The position numbers and the translations under genes are program-made. The notes below the pieces were generated by a model. The model worked only from the letters and a program-made list of their open reading frames with translations, did not search any database and was not told the origin of the DNA. A DNA stretch of 64,000 bases, taken from contig NC_086097.1 in assembly GCF_963921235.1 (NCBI RefSeq), forward strand, positions 205,718,001-205,782,000. The letters run 5' to 3'. Positions 26,425 through 39,315 of this stretch are shown in pieces. How positions within the stretch are numbered: the first letter of the stretch is position 1; the number at the start of each line of letters is the position of its first letter. Origin of the DNA: Mobula hypostoma. Taxonomy: Eukaryota.

Positions 26425-27570
26425 GCATGCAGAAGTTTGAGCACCCTGGTCAAAATTTCTGTTACTGTGAATAGCTAAGCGAGTAAAACATGAACTGATT
26501 TCCAAAAGGCATAAAGTTAAAGATGACACATTTCTTTAATATTTTAAGCAAGCAAACTTTTATTTCCATCTTTTACAGTTTCAAAATAACAAAAAAGGGA
26601 AAGGGCCTGAAGCAAAAGTTTGGGCACCTTGCACAGTCAGTACTTAGTAGAACCCTTTCTGGTAAGTATCACAGCTTGTAAATGCTTTCTGTATCCAGCT
26701 AAGAGTCTTCCAATTCTTGTTTGGGGGATTTTCGCCCATTCTTCCTTGCAAAAGGCTTCTAGTTCTGTGAGACTCTTGGGCCGTCTTGCATGCACTGCTC
26801 TTTTGAGGTCTATCCACGGATTCTCGATGATGGTCAGAGGACTGTGAGGGCCATGGCAAAACCTTCAGCTTGCGCCTCTTGGGGTAGTCCATTGTGGATT
26901 TTGAGGTGTGTTTAGGATCATTATCCTGTTGTAGAAGCCGTCCTCTTTTCATCTTCAGCTTTATTACAGACGGTGTGATGTTTGCTTCTAGAATTTGCTG
27001 GTATTTAATTGAATTCATTCTTCCCTCGACCAGTAGATGTTCCCCGTGCCACTGGCTGCAACACAAGCCCAAAGTATGATTGATCCACCCCTGTGCTTAA
27101 CAGTTGGACAGAGGTTCTTTTCATGAAATTCTGCACCCTTTTTTCTCCATACATACCTTTGCTTATTGCAGCCAAAAAGATCTATTCAAAAGGTTCAAAG
27201 GGACATCTAAACAAACCTGATGCATTTTGGAAACAAGTCCTGTGAACTGATGAAGTTAAAATGGAACTTAAGAATTGAAAGACTCTTAGTTGGCTACAGA
27301 AAGCGTTTACAAGCTGTGATACTTGCCAAAGGGGGTGTTACTAAGTACTACAATGCGGGGTGCGCAAACTTTTGCTTCAGGCCCTTTTCATTTTTTGTTA
27401 TTTTGAAACTGTAATAGATCGAAATAAAAAAGTTTTCTTGTTTAAACTATTAAAGAAATGTGTCATCTTTAATTTTACGCCTTTTGGAAATCAGTTAATC
27501 TTTTACTCACTTAGCTATTCACAGTAACAGAAATTTTGACCAGAGGTGCCCAAACTTTTGCATGCCACTG
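26425..27570. mobile_element. Rearranged Tc1/mariner derivative with two copies of the right end in inverted orientation
   Basis: 26425-27187 is the reverse complement of about 41665-42435 (QQDNDPKHTSKST). 27190-27570 is a forward, internally deleted copy ending ttttgcatgccactg. Confidence 0.88.
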
Positions 27571-28285
27571 TGTATTGCTAGAACATCTGAACATTGTAGA
27601 CATTTTCAAATTGCTTCAGATGAGCATTATCAACAAAGTTTAATATACAAGGAGAAAATAATGCATATTTCCAGAAAGGTAGGTTTATTAAAAGAACATT
27701 TGAAAGGAATCTGAAACTCAGAAATAATATTAATTTCATTGAACAGACAATATTATTGACCAAAGCAAACAAATCCTAATTCGCTAGTAGTTTCACTCTC
27801 CAAATAAAGTTTGAGCGACAGTTTTATTTTTTTTTTGCCAGCTGGAAGCAAAATATGTCAAATGCTAAACTGAAAGAATGAACCTCCTTTTCAAGCTTAT
27901 GTAGCATGAGATGATTTATACAAAACAGATATGACAAAGCAGGATGCCCAATAGTTGGATGTAGGAGATAAAATCCAAATGTCACACTGTGAGAGTGCCA
28001 GGAATGATGAAAAAACCTTTGGCTGTGTACCACTACAAGCAGCCTACCTTACAACTTCCTGTACAAGCTTCTCTGCCATCTGCTATTGCTTTTCCTCTTG
28101 GCTGCTGTGTTTCAAACTTTGGTAGTTACTATAATGGTTTATCTCCCATTGATACAACAAAACTGCCACCTCATTTAGTCTTATTACACCCATAAGGAAG
28201 ATGGCTTCTAATCTCTGAGACTGCTAAAGCCCAAAATAATGAAACAAGTAACAGAAAATACTAACAAATCAGTGAGCCAATTATA

Positions 28286-28872
28286 TGTAACGTTCAGTTA
28301 TATTGGCTCGTATATGTCTAGGGGAAATCCCACCCAGCACCTGCCTCAATGCTTCCCATGGAGTAGGTGGCCACCCGAATCAAGCCCAAACATCAATCAT
28401 CAGCCAGCACACCCAGTAAATTTTAACAAGTACACTTTATAGATATTACTAATTCGATGACATTAATATAAATTCGATACAGAAAAGGAAGTAATGGAAA
28501 AAAAAGGCGCCAACACTTATCAAAGTCCAAGTTCTTCGCGCGCAACCGTTGGAGCTCAGTCAATTCCGGATGACCACCCGAATCCTGTCAACTCACGGCT
28601 CGGGACCACCCGAAGTGATCGACCGGAGCCTTTCCGCACGTCCGCTGTCCTCCCCGTCTCTCCTCTGACTCCCCGCCAAAACCCCGTCCACAATCATATG
28701 ATACAGCATTATATCCGAAAACAAAACAATACATGACCACCCATTGGCTAATAGCACCCTGCTATCTATAATAACCCCAACAACTGTCTAGCTAGAGACT
28801 TTCTCAGCATTCCCCAGTATAACATAACAAAGAATCTATTTTAAATTTAACAAAAAAGCAAGACCCCGTACA
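28286..28872. mobile_element. Probable solo LTR
   Basis: 587 bp with TGTA...TACA termini, a 4-bp TATA duplication (28282-28285, 28873-28876) and a CpG-rich interior unlike the flanks. Confidence 0.65.
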
Positions 28873-29559
28873 TATATATAACAAAAAACACCTTCTTTGC
28901 CTTAAGAAACATGTGAGATAAATCTGGTTTGTGGTTTTAATTTCAGCACTCTAGCCATGGAATATAAACAATTAACATGTAATATATTCATTTAGAATGA
29001 CTTCTTAATGAGTCCCCTTTTAACTGAAACGATTATGTTCTTAGTAGATGTTGTCATCATGTTGACATTAAATGAAGTCACGTGCTTAAATAGTCTAATA
29101 CATCTCAAATGTTTATTGATATTTTCACAGACTATCCCGTTCCTAGAGGTCATGAATTTCATACACATAATTTATTCAAGATAAAGCAATTAACCAGTCA
29201 TAATTCAGGAAAGCATGTATCAAACAAATGATAATATTGTGAACATGATTTCTTGGAATGTTAACAGACAAGTACTCACACTCACCTTTTAAATAATGAA
29301 ACTGCATATCTTATAGGACACCAATTAATTAATGATTTTCAAGCATATACTTATATGAGTTAATTTAAAAATTCCAAATAAAATGTTCTCTCTAAATCAG
29401 TTTTAATTAATCATACTGATTGTAATTAACTAGAAAATTATGAGGCCCTTGAGTGGTGTTTTAGTGGGGCAGTGAACTGACCGCATTTTTGCTTTTATGC
29501 AAATTAAGAAGTAGATTGGGATGGGAACAGGAGATATAATGAATGATGTACAGTTCTGG

Positions 29560-30145
29560 TAATACACTACAGGAAAGATATTATTGCACTGAAGAAGCTG
29601 TAGAAGAAATTCACTACTGTGTTGCCTCCATTGGAACATTATGGTCGTAAGGAGAGATTGGACAGGCTAAGTTTGTTTTCCTTGGAGCAAAGGAATCTAA
29701 GGGATGACATGACAGACAAATATAAGACAATATGATATAGGAGCAGAAATAGGCCATTCAGCCCATCGAGTCAGTTCCACCATAAATATTTAAGGGTGGA
29801 TAAATAGAGTAGATCATAAAAATCATGTTTACGATGGTGGGTGTGTCACAGAGAAGAGGGCATATGGTGATAGCTAGGAGGTTTAGATAATATCATAACA
29901 GAACATGGTTCACACAGAGGGTGTTTAAAGTCTGAAATGCATTTCCTGAGGAGATAAAAGAGGCAGTTATTCTCAAAATAGTGAAGAAGCATTTAGACAA
30001 AGTACTTGAATTATGAAGACATAAAAGACTTGGAACCTAATACAGGTAAATGGGATTCGTGTGTTATATACTACGTGCATCATGAACAAAATGGGTCAAA
30101 GGGTCCCGTACTGTGCTGAACAACTCACTATCTTTGACTCTGTAA
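29560..30145 (+). mobile_element. Old CR1 3' fragment
   Basis: Decayed ERLDRLSLFSLEQR-encoding segment and a CR1-type tail (actgtgctg...ctctgt). Confidence 0.65.
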
Positions 30146-30315
30146 CCTTTTCTGCCCATTTTTCCTTCTACTCTGTGACTGTGCACATTTGGAAAATCCA
30201 GCTTAGTAAGTATAACTCTGTATAATCAACAAATTCAAATTAAGAAAACACAACACATGCAAATTGGGAAAATAAAATCCAGAATATTCACACATCAACA
30301 GCAAAAATCACTTAC

Positions 30316-30588
30316 CCTGTACGATGATGAACGCTGAGGATTGGATGGAATCTTGGTTATTACTGGCATGACAGATGAACTGGCCATGGTCCTGGAGAGT
30401 GACGTTCTGAATAAACAGACCGCCCGAGGAAGTGATGTTGTACCTGGAGTGTGTGGGCAGCAGCTCTCCATTCCCTTTCGTCCACGTAACTCGGGGTTGA
30501 GGATGGCCAGTAGCACTGCACTCCAGGGTGATACTTGATCCAATGAGAACCTCGGTATTTTGTGGTTGAATCACAAAACTTGGTTTGG
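30316..30588 (-). CDS. PXDNL: Peroxidasin-family internal coding exon, Ig-like domain 2
   Basis: tttccgatccAG|CCAAACCAAGT...GTACAGG|GTaagt. 273 bp, phase 1-1. Encodes (T)[38 protein letters not shown]...[25 protein letters not shown], one complete Ig domain. Confidence 0.92.
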
Positions 30589-33269
30589 CTGGATCGGAAA
30601 TTTGAGCCACATTAAGACATTCATTTAAATTTATTCCTATTTATAGTCCTTGCTTCTTAATCACAAAACCAAGTAGACAAAGAGTGCTTTAGCAGAGCTA
30701 TTGTTTGATCACCTGAGAGGTGTTTTAAGGAAATCAGGGTATATGGGGTTGGTCACAAAAGTATCACTGAGATGGCAGCTCAGCCATGATTTTGTACATA
30801 TTATTTATTAAATTACTATATATTACACATTGCACATTTAAACAGAGACGTAAAGAATTTTACTCCTCAAGTATATGAAGGATGTAAGTAATAAAGTCAA
30901 TTCAATTCAATTTTGTTGATTTAAAAAATATTACTTCAGTGGAATGCCCACTGAAGTAGTGATTACCTAATTAATTACCTGCAAACATTTGTTTTAAACA
31001 TTTTTCTTGATAGTGACAATGAATAAAACTCATAGAACATAGAATATAGAAATCTATAGCACATTACAGGCCCTTGTAACCTATTCTCGAAACTGTCTAG
31101 AATTTCCCTACTGCATAGCTGTCTATTTTTCTAAGCTTAAATTCATTCTAAAATTTAAAATGAAAGCAGGCAGTTGGGAATATGATAAATCATGACTGTA
31201 TCAGTAGGGTAAGAGAAGGGATATTGAGAACACAGCAGCTGGAAATTCAATAAGGTTGTGTAATATTTTGAAGAACTAGGTATTAGTATTACCTCAAAAA
31301 TCAATGGATATCAGTTTGGTTACATAATTCACAATGATAAGCTTTAGAATTGTTTCCTTGTCCATGGAGGCTACTAGGTGCATGACTGTGATATTGGTTG
31401 AATTTAGTGGAAGGTGAGGCTACTCCAGCATACGATAGAGAGCATGTCTGGAAGCTCAGGGTAGTGTAGTCCATTAAGGACGCAGTGAAGCTTGGATATT
31501 TATGGATGCTGCTCATGTTATGCCTATCATTCTAATGCTTTTAATCTGAAAAGATTGGGAAAACTACAGTACAGTGCTCCATTTGCCATCAGAAATCAGT
31601 GGTACACATTTCTTCCTACTATCTATCAAAACTGTGGCAAATCAGTTGCGATGATGTGGAAACGTCACTTGAAGTGATTTTGCCATAGAAGTAGATTGCA
31701 TATACAAATCTGTGTCTCTTGTGCTGCTTTGTAATTAATGTGGATTTTCTGACCAGAAGTGATGGGAGGTATGATTCTTATTCATTTGGCATCATGATCA
31801 GCACATACATTGTGTACTGAAGGGCTGTTCCTTTGCAGTACTGCTCTGTCATCTTTACGAAGCATCGTGTTTCAGTCATATTAAAAATTAGTTCTTCCAG
31901 AGTGCAGCCCAAACTGTCCCCAGCTCACCTTAGTTTTAGCATATGTTTTAAGGTGCAAAATGATGAAAATCCTTCCCTATTTGCAATCAATGAATTCTAG
32001 GTGGAACAACAAGCAAAAGTCCAGCTCTTGGGAACTCCCTACTACTCACTGTCACTGTTATTAAAGTTAACATTACACTTTTAACTCTAATGTGTATACT
32101 CCATCTGTGTCCTAATCAGTGTTTCATAAAGGTTCGACATAAACTTTGTTGTTGTACACCGGGACCACCCCCTCTGTTCCTTCACACCACTTAGAAATAC
32201 GCAGCTTAGCTTGCGTCGTTCCCAACTGTTCTTTCTGCAGATCTGCATTTCTTCACACTTCTCTGTATAAAATTTCATCTGCCAATTTTTTATTTACCCA
32301 TGTGCTTTAGGGCTGATTATCAATATCAAATGTAAGTATGCCATGCAAGGAAGTATAAAAATACTTATAAAGTTAAGCCATCCTGCTTAGTCTTTGCCAA
32401 TTGCAAATAAACTGATGGAAGTGTTTTAGACTGATTTCTCTTTAATGCTTTTTTCTAAGAAGTTATATGCCATCAGCTTCATCTATCTTTTTATATATTA
32501 AGTAAAGAGGTATTTTGTTATGAAAATACCCTTATATTCAAAAATGACCTTATTGTTTATCCTTCAATGAAAATAGATGAAGCAGATATATAAAGAAATG
32601 AGGACCAAAATGCTGATAAAACTTCCTATGTTTGTATGATTCTTAAATTTTCTCCCTTCTCTCTAATGTGACTACTGCAATGTTTGCTTAAAGTTAAAAG
32701 GATATGTATAAGGCATGCATTTTATACGATACATTCAAAATCACAAGCAGAATGGCATCTTAGTCAATCTGAAAGCAAACTACATACATACATGCATGAC
32801 TTGACTCTGAGAGAGCTGTCATGGAAAACATTTATCAAACCTTATGTTAGTATAGTTTCTTATTTTTGTACTTGAATTCAAATAACAAGTACTGGCATGT
32901 CAGCAGCTTTACTATAAATGACCTCAGTATTTCAGCTGTGAATCTTTTAGTACCATTCTTGCCACTACGACAGAAGACCAAGTTTGGGCTCCTCACTCTA
33001 AAGACTGAGGCAATAAAAAATTAGGCTGTTGCTCCAGAGGTATACTGTTAGATATTTTTTGGATATGAGGGGAAACCAAGACACTATCTGCTCTCAAGTG
33101 GACGTATAAAATTCTTGACAATTTTTTGTAGAAGAATGGGTCACTGGCAAAATCACAAAAGCAAACAGATCACGTTGTTGCTTGGAGAAGTTTGCTGTGT
33201 ATAAACTGGCTGTTGCATTTCCTTACTTCAACAGTGAGTCAGTCCTATGCTCCACTGATTAATGCAGAC

Positions 33270-34960
33270 AAAGGCTGCAGATGCAGAAATCTAGGGCAAC
33301 AAACAATTTGCTGGAGAAACCCAGTGGGTTGACAGCATCTGAGGAAGGAAACTAATAGTTGTCTCAATCTCAAACTCGGAAATGAAATGGCCAGTATAAA
33401 AAGGAAAAGACAGCAGCAAGAAAAGATTCTGAGGCAATTAGTGGCCTGGGGGAGAATGAGAAATGATAGGCAGGTAGGTGAGGTGAGTGGGGGTGGAGCT
33501 GGAGGACCAGAGCAGCTAAATGAATGACAGAGGCAGAAAAGGTGAGAAAAAAACATTTGGAGCAAGGTTGGGAGGTAGAGTGTGCAAATAAAAGAGAGGA
33601 GTGTGCTAACAGAAGAGAGCTGATGGGGGGAGGGTGGGGGGAGATAAGCTAGAACACAACATGCTACCAGAACTGGATTCAGATAAGGAAGTGAGAATGG
33701 AAGCCTTGGTGGAAGAGGTGAACGACAGTTGGAACTAGATGGGGGTGGGTTGGGGAAACCTGTGTATGAAGCAGCTGGATGGAACCAGGAGGGGGAAGGG
33801 AACAAAAATGAGTGAACAATTCTTGGAGTGCATTATGGGAAAGGGGGACAACAATAGGAGGACTGCAGGATCAGGAGAGAGGGTGAAGATGGGGTGAGGA
33901 AAGGGTGGGAGAACTGGAAAAAGGGGATTTGAAAACTCAATATTTATGCCATTGGGTTGTAAACAGCCTAGTTTGGACTAGCATAGGAGTTCTCTGAAAT
34001 GGTCACTGACTTTGTGCTTGGACCCATCGATATAGAGGAGAACAATGGGAATAGGTCGAGGGGAGTCGGCAGTTTAAATGGATTCGGCATGGAATAGATG
34101 GGCCGCAGGGCTTGTTTCTGTGCTGTATTTTCTGTGACTCTATGACTCCATTCACAGATCATTTCAGCTTCCTTTCTCATTGTCACACTGACCTGTCCAG
34201 CCTTGGCCATCTCTATAGTCAGAAACTAAATAAACAGAGTAGCTTCTCCAGAGCATATTAGAGAAGCAACATTGTATATTCCACTGGGGTAGTCCATTAC
34301 CCAATATCAGGAGTACTGAATTTTCCAATTTTAGGGAACCTCCCCTTTTCCCCTCTCCCTCCCCTTACCTACTTTCTCATGCTCCGTTCCTCATCTTACC
34401 CACTCTTCCATCAACCTGCCTGCAACCCTGTTGTTTGCAACCATCTTCATCCCCTTTCCCCTTCTGGCTGCATTCAGCCACTTCACACACAGGTTTCCCC
34501 ATCTATCCCCCATCTTGTTCCCAGTGCTGTCCACCTTTCCCTCAATGGACTCCATTCTCATCTCCTTTACTTATACGAATCCAGCTCTGATAGTACTTTG
34601 TCCTCCTGCTTATCTCTCTTCATCAGCTCTGTCCCATCATCACACTTCTTTACCCGAATATTGTTTCATCTGTTGTTTTTCCCCTTTTTTCTCTCTCCAT
34701 TTGTCTGTCTCCATCTATTATTCACCTGCCTCAGTCTTCCAACTCCTTCCCAGTACACCTTCCCTGCCTGTCATCTCACACCCTTCCCCAATCCACCAAT
34801 CATCTCGGGATCCTTTCTTTCCACTCCCTTCTCTTCTTAATGCTGGCCATCTCAATCCTGATGCAGGGTTTCTGATTGGAAATGCTAACAATTTCTTTCC
34901 TCCCACAGATGCTGCTCAATGCACTGAGTTCCTCCAGCACATTGTTTTGGTGCTCGTTTA
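33270..34960. mobile_element. Two old Penelope-like fragments in opposite orientation (33270-33965 minus, 34190-34960 plus) with a CR1 tail between them
   Basis: Each arm has a decayed GIY-YIG C-terminus (LQPNGINIEF; EKQHCIF...TEFSNFR), a purine- or pyrimidine-rich UTR and the terminal gatgctg...gagttcctccagc-type motif. CR1 tail at 33968-34148. Confidence 0.55.
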
Positions 34961-35257
34961 GTTATACAATGTTTTGGGACACCATGAATGAGAGATGGAA
35001 GATATTTTTAAATGAAAGATTTTTTTATTATTAAAATATGGGTATTATTACTGAACTTCAGTCTTCTGTGATTATTTTATTTTCTGTGAAAGAAATCGGC
35101 ACGTCTTAAGGGTGCAATCTGAAATGTGAGCTATGTAAAAGCCTTCAGTTAAAATTCACTTCAGTTGTAAAAAGTTTCAGGTTGTAGGATAGTCTGGCGT
35201 TAAGAGCTCACCAAAGCTGCCAAATATCTAATTGTACCACAACATAACCCTCTAGGG

Positions 35258-35449
35258 CAGGCGTGGACAACCTTTTACATTCCATGCGTCAATCTTTTCA
35301 CGCAAAAGTTCGGATGCGATTTTTTCACGCATGCGTTCTATATTAACATATTTTTACAAGAATTGTTGGGTACAAGAGTTGTATGGCACATCTGAACTCA
35401 TGCATGAAAAAATTGACGCATGGAAAATGTACAAGGTTGGCCACCCCTG
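35258..35449. mobile_element. hAT-type MITE, 192 bp
   Basis: Imperfect long TIRs (CAGGCGTGGACAACCTT...CCATGCGTCAAT / ATTGACGCATGG...AAGGTTGGCCACCCCTG) and a perfect 8-bp TSD CTCTAGGG (35250-35257, 35450-35457). Confidence 0.88.
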
Positions 35450-35704
35450 CTCTAGGGTACCTGCAGTCATTGGTGCTAACATGAACATCTTTGCCACAAA
35501 ATACCATTAGGACCCCTTAACTGCCTGCATATATTCAAATGCAATCCAAGGAATTCACGAAAAAGTAAAATTCATTTAAGGCATTTCTCTGTTATGCTAG
35601 ATGACCAGCGAACACGATGGAAATCTATCAACCATTCTTTCTTGCTGCCCCTCACAAGTGCCTCATGTTTTTCTAAAGGCAGAAGAAATCAATTTGCTGT
35701 GATG

Positions 35705-37510
35705 AGACCTTAAGAGGACAAGACGTGAAAGAATAGGACCTATCAAGTGTGACAGTGCAAAAGTATGTATGGAACTGGAGGAAATAGCAGAGGTATGTAA
35801 TGAATACTTTACTTCAGTATTCACTATGAAAAAGGCTCTTGAAGTGATTGTAGTGATGACTTGCAGCAGACTGAAAAGCGTGAGCATGTAGATATTAAGA
35901 AAGAGGATGTGCTGGAGCTTTTGGAAAGCATCAAGTTGGAAAAGTCGCTGGGACCAGATGAGATGTACCCCAGGCTACTGTGGGAGGAGAGGGAGGAGAT
36001 TGCTGAGCCTCTGGCGATGATCTTTGAATCATCAGTGGAGACAGGAGTGATTCTGAAGGATTGGATGGTTGCGAAATGTTGTTCCCTTATTCAAGAAAGG
36101 GAGTAGAGATAGCCCAGGAAATTATAGACCAGTGAGTCTTACTTCAGTGGTTGGTTAGTTGATGGAGAAGATCCTGAGAGGCAGAATTTATGAACATTTG
36201 GAGAGGTATAATATGATTAGGAATCGTCAGCATGGCTTTATCAAGGGCAGGTTGTGCCTTACGAACCTGATTGAATTTTTTGAGATGTGACTAAACACAT
36301 TGATGAAAGAAGAGTAGTAGATGCAGTATATGTGGATTTCAGCAAGGCATTTGATAAGGTACCCCATGCTAGGCTTATTGAGAAAGTAAGGAAGCATGGG
36401 ATCCAAGGGGATATTGCTTTGTGGATCCAGAACTGGCTTGCCCACAGAAGGCAAGGAGTGGTTGTAGACGGTCATATTCTGCATGGAGGCCGGTCACCAG
36501 TGGAGTGCCTCAGGGATATGTTCTGGGACCCTTACTCTTCATGATTTTTATAAATGACCTGGAGGAAGAAGTAGAGGGATGGGTTAGTAAGTTTGCTGAT
36601 AACACAAAGGTTGGAGGTATTGTGGATAGTGTGGAGGGCTGTCAGAGGCTACAGCAGGACACTGATAGGATGCAAAACTGGTCTGAGAAGTGGCAGATGG
36701 AGTTCAACCCAGATAAGTGTGAAGTGGTTCATTTTGGTAGGTCAAATACGATGGCAGAATATAGTATTATTGGTAAGACTCTTGACAGTGTGGAGGATCA
36801 GAGGGATCTTGGGGTCCGAGTCCGTAGGACGCTCAAAGCACCTGCGCAGGTTGACTCTGTGGTTAAGAAGGTGTACGGTGTATTGGCCTTCATCAATTGT
36901 GGAATTGAATTTAAGAGCCGAGAGGTAATGTTGCAGCTATATAGAACCCTGGTCAGACCCCACTTGGAGTACTGTGTTGAGTTCTGGTCGCCTTACTACA
37001 GGAAGGATGTGGAAGCCATAGAAAGGGTGCAGAGGAGATTTACAAGGATGTTGCCTGGATAGGGGAGCATGCCTTATGAGAGTAGGTTGGGTGAACTCGG
37101 CCTTTTCTCCTTGGAGCAACGGAGGATGAGAGATGACCTGATAGAGGTGTATAAGATGATGAGAGGCATTGATCATGTGGATAGTCAAAGGCTTTTTTCC
37201 CAGGGAAGAAATGGTTGTCACAAGAGGACACAGGTTTAGGGTGCTGGGGAGTAGGTACAGAGGAGATGTCAGGGGTAAGTTGTTTTTACTCAGAGAGTGG
37301 TGAGTGTGTGGAATGGACTGACGGCAATGGTGGTGGAGGTGGATACGATAGGGTCTTTTAGGACACTTTTGGATCGGTACATGGAACTTAGAAAAATAGA
37401 GGGCTATAGGTAAGCCTAGTAATTTCTAAGGTAGGGAGATGTTGGGCACAACTTTGTGGGGTGAAGGGCCTGTATTGTGCTGTAGGTTTTCTATGTTTCT
37501 ATGTTTCTAA
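35705..37510 (+). mobile_element. CR1 LINE, 5'-truncated, frameshifted
   Basis: KSLGPDEMYPRLLWE, YVDFSKAFDKVPH, GVPQGYVLGP, KFADNTK and LVRPHLEYCV; (TTTCTATG)n tail. Confidence 0.93.
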
Positions 37511-37918
37511 TTGATATGTTTTCATAAACAACAAGAGAATCTATAAGGAACAGATCCAAATCACATCTCACTTTGATTCAACTGATGTTTTCCTAAAAAA
37601 AATATAAATAAAGAGGTCCTGCCTCAATGGACTATGGACAGACAACTCATCCACATTCCATCAGAAAATAATGTTTTGAACACAGACTGTAATACATAAT
37701 GGATCTTTAATGCCTTCACCCTTAGATTTTATTACAAAATCAGTGCAAGGACACTGGACCTTAAAACTAAACTCTAGTTTAATCTCAAAACCACTCATAA
37801 AATAAATTAGTGTCCCACAAGCTGCAGTTGCTATGGGAATGGAAATGAAAGGTGGAAAGAATTGAACAATTACAAAGAGAAAAAAAGAAACAACATTCTA
37901 ATGAGGATAATATCTTAC

Positions 37919-38088
37919 TTGGAGTGCCAAAGTATCGGAGTAAAACACCTTGGGTTGTAGCTTCTCCCACTACATTTTTGGCCATGCACTGGTATGTCCC
38001 TTGGTCAGATTCCTGTGTGTTCTGGATCATTAAAGTACCATCATCTAGTAAGTTCAGCCGAATGTCATTCTTCATGTGTAATTCATGG
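37919..38088 (-). CDS. PXDNL: Peroxidasin-family internal coding exon, second half of Ig-like domain 1
   Basis: ccttattgtAG|CCATGAATTA...ACTCCAA|GTaagat. 170 bp, phase 2 in and phase 1 out, in frame with both neighbours. Encodes [56 protein letters not shown] with the Ig I-set DxGxYxC motif. Confidence 0.92.
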
Positions 38089-39054
38089 CTACAATAAGGT
38101 AGAGAGGTAAACAGTCAACAAGGTCACAGTAAGTGAATAAAGAACCGTATTTGAGATCCAGACTGCTTAATACACTGATGCCGTACATAGAAATATTACT
38201 GGGAATCTGTCTTGACAGATCTCCAGTGTAATATCAGTGAACATAGTGCAAAAAGACAAGCACAAAAACTAGAATTAAAACACAGGCCAAAATCAAAATT
38301 CACAATGCAGATGAAATATCGTCAACTTGGAATCCTATCTCTTTTGCTCTCTACATTACTGTCTGGCTTGTTGAGCATAGAGTATTTTTTTCTTTTTATT
38401 GCATTATAATATTGGGTTGGGTTTCAACCAACTGTGACCAAGCAAAGATTAGGTCACTGTTTGCATTGTAACGTCTCTCAAGTATTAGAGGATAAGGAAA
38501 CGAAAGAGAAAGCTCCAGCAGGAGAGGAAGGGAGGGTAGGGGTGGAAATCTTAAATCAGCAGGGATGGAGTTATGCTGGGATTTTAGAAGCCAGAAAGGG
38601 AGACCGGAGACCAAAATGTACATGTGGTTCCAAGGATTCCTTGAAAATACCATTGAATGTAAAACTGGTAATTAAGGAAACTTAATGGAATTTAAAGGCA
38701 AAGATTTTCATGTTAGAAGCGGTGGATATAAAGATTCTGTCTGCACTGTGAGGTTATACAACACATAACCAGAGGATATTTATGTATTCGGCAGACGATT
38801 TTAGACCTTCTGTTGTTAGACAGAATGCCTATGCTATTGTTACATTGTTGTGCTTACACTCTGATGATTCTCACAAATAGCAAGGATCACAGTGGGGTAA
38901 GTATAGAGAACAGAATGTCGTCGGTTAAAGGTGCAAGACTCCATTTATTTTTGTAAAGACAGTAGTGAAATGTAGGTATTTTATCAATACATGTAATGAA
39001 CAACAATAATAAGCCTAGTTTCGTAACTTGTTTCAGAAGGTTTCGAATGCAATC

Positions 39055-39315
39055 GTCTCAGTTAGCACGATGCTATTGCAACTTGGGGCATTAGAGTTCA
39101 GATTTCAATCCTGCAATCTCTGTAAGGAGTTTGTATGTCCTTCCCATGGAATATCTGGTGCTCTGGTTTCCTCCCACAGTCCCAAGATGTACCAGTTAGA
39201 AGGTTAAACAGTCATTGTAACTTGCAGATCGGATAGAGTTAAATCGGAGGTCATCAGTGGTTGATGGGCGACGCGGCTCAAGAGGCACAAAAGGCCTACT
39301 CAGTGCTGTATCAAA
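39055..39315 (+). mobile_element. V-SINE (HE1-like), degenerate
   Basis: Core GGTGCTCTGGTTTCCTCCCACAGTCCCAAGATGT. Confidence 0.65.

Noticed and set aside
1..30315. Next peroxidasin exon (start of Ig3)
   Set aside because: No matching frame with splice sites found by eye; a tblastn search would be needed to exclude it.
33245..34961. Ser/Pro/Leu/Phe-rich ORFs of 150-190 aa
   Set aside because: Artefacts of pyrimidine-rich, stop-poor repeat sequence.
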